DNA of 64,000 nucleotides, taken from contig QPGO01000006.1 in NCBI GenBank assembly GCA_008632985.1, positions 124,001 through 188,000 of the forward strand. Reading direction: 5' to 3'. Both the position numbers and the translations under genes were made by a program. This document shows positions 62,700 through 64,000 of the stretch, in pieces; position 1 is the first letter of the stretch; each line of letters opens with the position of its first letter. Source of the stretch: Psammoneis japonica (taxonomy: Eukaryota). The notes below the pieces were generated by a model. That model was not told the DNA's origin, did no database searches, and was given only the letters and a program-made list of their open reading frames with translations.

Positions 62700-62885
62700 C
62701 CTTTTTCAGTTTGGTGATTCCGAAATTGCCCGACGAGCTGAATTTGCGTGTGCCTCTGTTCCAAAAGCTTCGCAAAGCCATGCGTTTGTCCGAATTGGAG
62801 AAGATGACTGAGAACAAAGACATGGCAACAAGAGCATGGTCAAGCCAAGAAGGGCACAGCTTGTGGCAAAGCATCCTTTGGACAG
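62700..62885 (+). pseudogene. Decayed GT90 paralog fragment at the start of a TpA-depleted domain running to the window end
   Basis: FQFGDSEIA / DELNLRVPLFQKLRKAM / QSILW versus FQFGNSGVA / NELNVRLPLFQKFRVSM / QPILW in the adjacent gene. Confidence 0.7.
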
Positions 62886-64000
62886 CCTCATTTCCACAGC
62901 TGGCCTGTGAGAAGTGCAGAGATGGGGGGGGGGGCAACAAAGCGCAACTTGCAACACCTCATGACCCTTCCAAAATGAGCTGGGTGTGTGGCAATGGAGA
63001 GCACAGTGCACCAAAGAAAGGCAACTTTGACAACATGTTGTCTCAGTTGCAGCAGCAGCTGTGCACACCTGGCAAATGTGGCCACCATGTTGTTGTGACA
63101 TAGCTGGGGCTTCAGACTCCTGCATGTGCTGCTGCCGGGTGACTTTTGTTGCAGTGCAGCAACCTCTGGTGTGTGCTCCTGTGTGTGTGGTGTCTCACAA
63201 TCTGACATTTTCACTTTGGTTTGGGAAACTGCTGCCTCTGGTGCATGTGTGTGAGAAGTTCTCAAGCAACATCACCTGGCAGGATGGCGGGAATGACAGA
63301 TGACAAAGCAAGGCAAAGGGGGGCCATGCAGGTGGGAAATGGGTGGTTTTTTTCAAAGGGGGGGGGTGAATGTGCTCTGGCTGTGTGAAACCAAGTTGTG
63401 CACAAAAATGACACTTGCGTGATTTTTGTGCAGTCTCTGACTTGCGACCAAGCTCTCACCACTGAGAGCAGGGTGCAAATCTCAGCATTTTGCAACACTG
63501 ACAAGACACACATCATGTTTTGCAGTGATGTCATTTTTGTGCTGTCCATGCTTTTCATTGTGACAAATTAGTTGCAACACAATGGATGATTTTCATCAAA
63601 AATGTTGAAGATTTGCACACACCAAATGTTTGCATGTCAACACAAGAAGTTGTTTGCTTGCAATGCTTTGTTGCAGGTGTTCTGCCTGTGTGGGAATCAC
63701 TGTTGCACAATCAGCATTCAGTCTGCTGAGGAATTTGTGGCACACACTCCATGAGGACTTGAACACCGCAAAAAAATTGTTTGACTGCCGATGCTCTGGA
63801 TGGCCACAAAAGCCCATCTGCTTGAGTGTTTTTCACATGGGAGCACTGTGTGCATGAAAGAACAGCCACACAGTTCATGCTCAAATGGCACATTTTCATT
63901 TTGTGCATCACTTGCAACTCAAGCACATCAGCAGCAAGTTGGGTGCTGAGCTCGCGAAGCACCGCAAAGCTCTGAGGGTCTGGAGGAGGTGCCACTGTGT

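Noticed and set aside
1..64000. A deaminase, methyltransferase or polymerase gene responsible for the signature
   Set aside because: No convincing deaminase (HxE...PCxxC), DNA methyltransferase or Y-family polymerase motif was recognised in the intact ORFs, so the effector is presumably encoded elsewhere.

Overview
Eukaryotic DNA, most likely from a (pennate) diatom, judged from the short GT-AG introns, the Copia element and the PT-repeat/PDZ membrane protein. The window alternates between normal DNA (a young Ty1/copia retrotransposon at 3181-8951; intact genes for a PRCC-like protein, a secreted protein, a PDZ membrane protein, a coiled-coil protein and a GT90 glycosyltransferase) and multi-kb domains from which TpA dinucleotides have almost vanished (~1-3180, ~8890-14150, ~16440-25780, ~37740-46780, ~48700-53000, ~62700-64000). 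Duplicated sequences inside the window show the cause: TpA sites in the intact copy read TpG or CpA in the decayed copies, i.e. A:T->G:C on either strand. In one hand-aligned segment 26 of 27 sites changed, and all 4 differences between the two LTRs are of this type. This looks like a domain- or repeat-targeted adenine hypermutation system running opposite to fungal RIP. It turns Tyr into Cys/His, erases TAA/TAG stops and explains the hundreds of spurious Cys/His-rich ORFs. No enzyme for it is visible here, and a sequencing artefact caused by a modified base has not been excluded.
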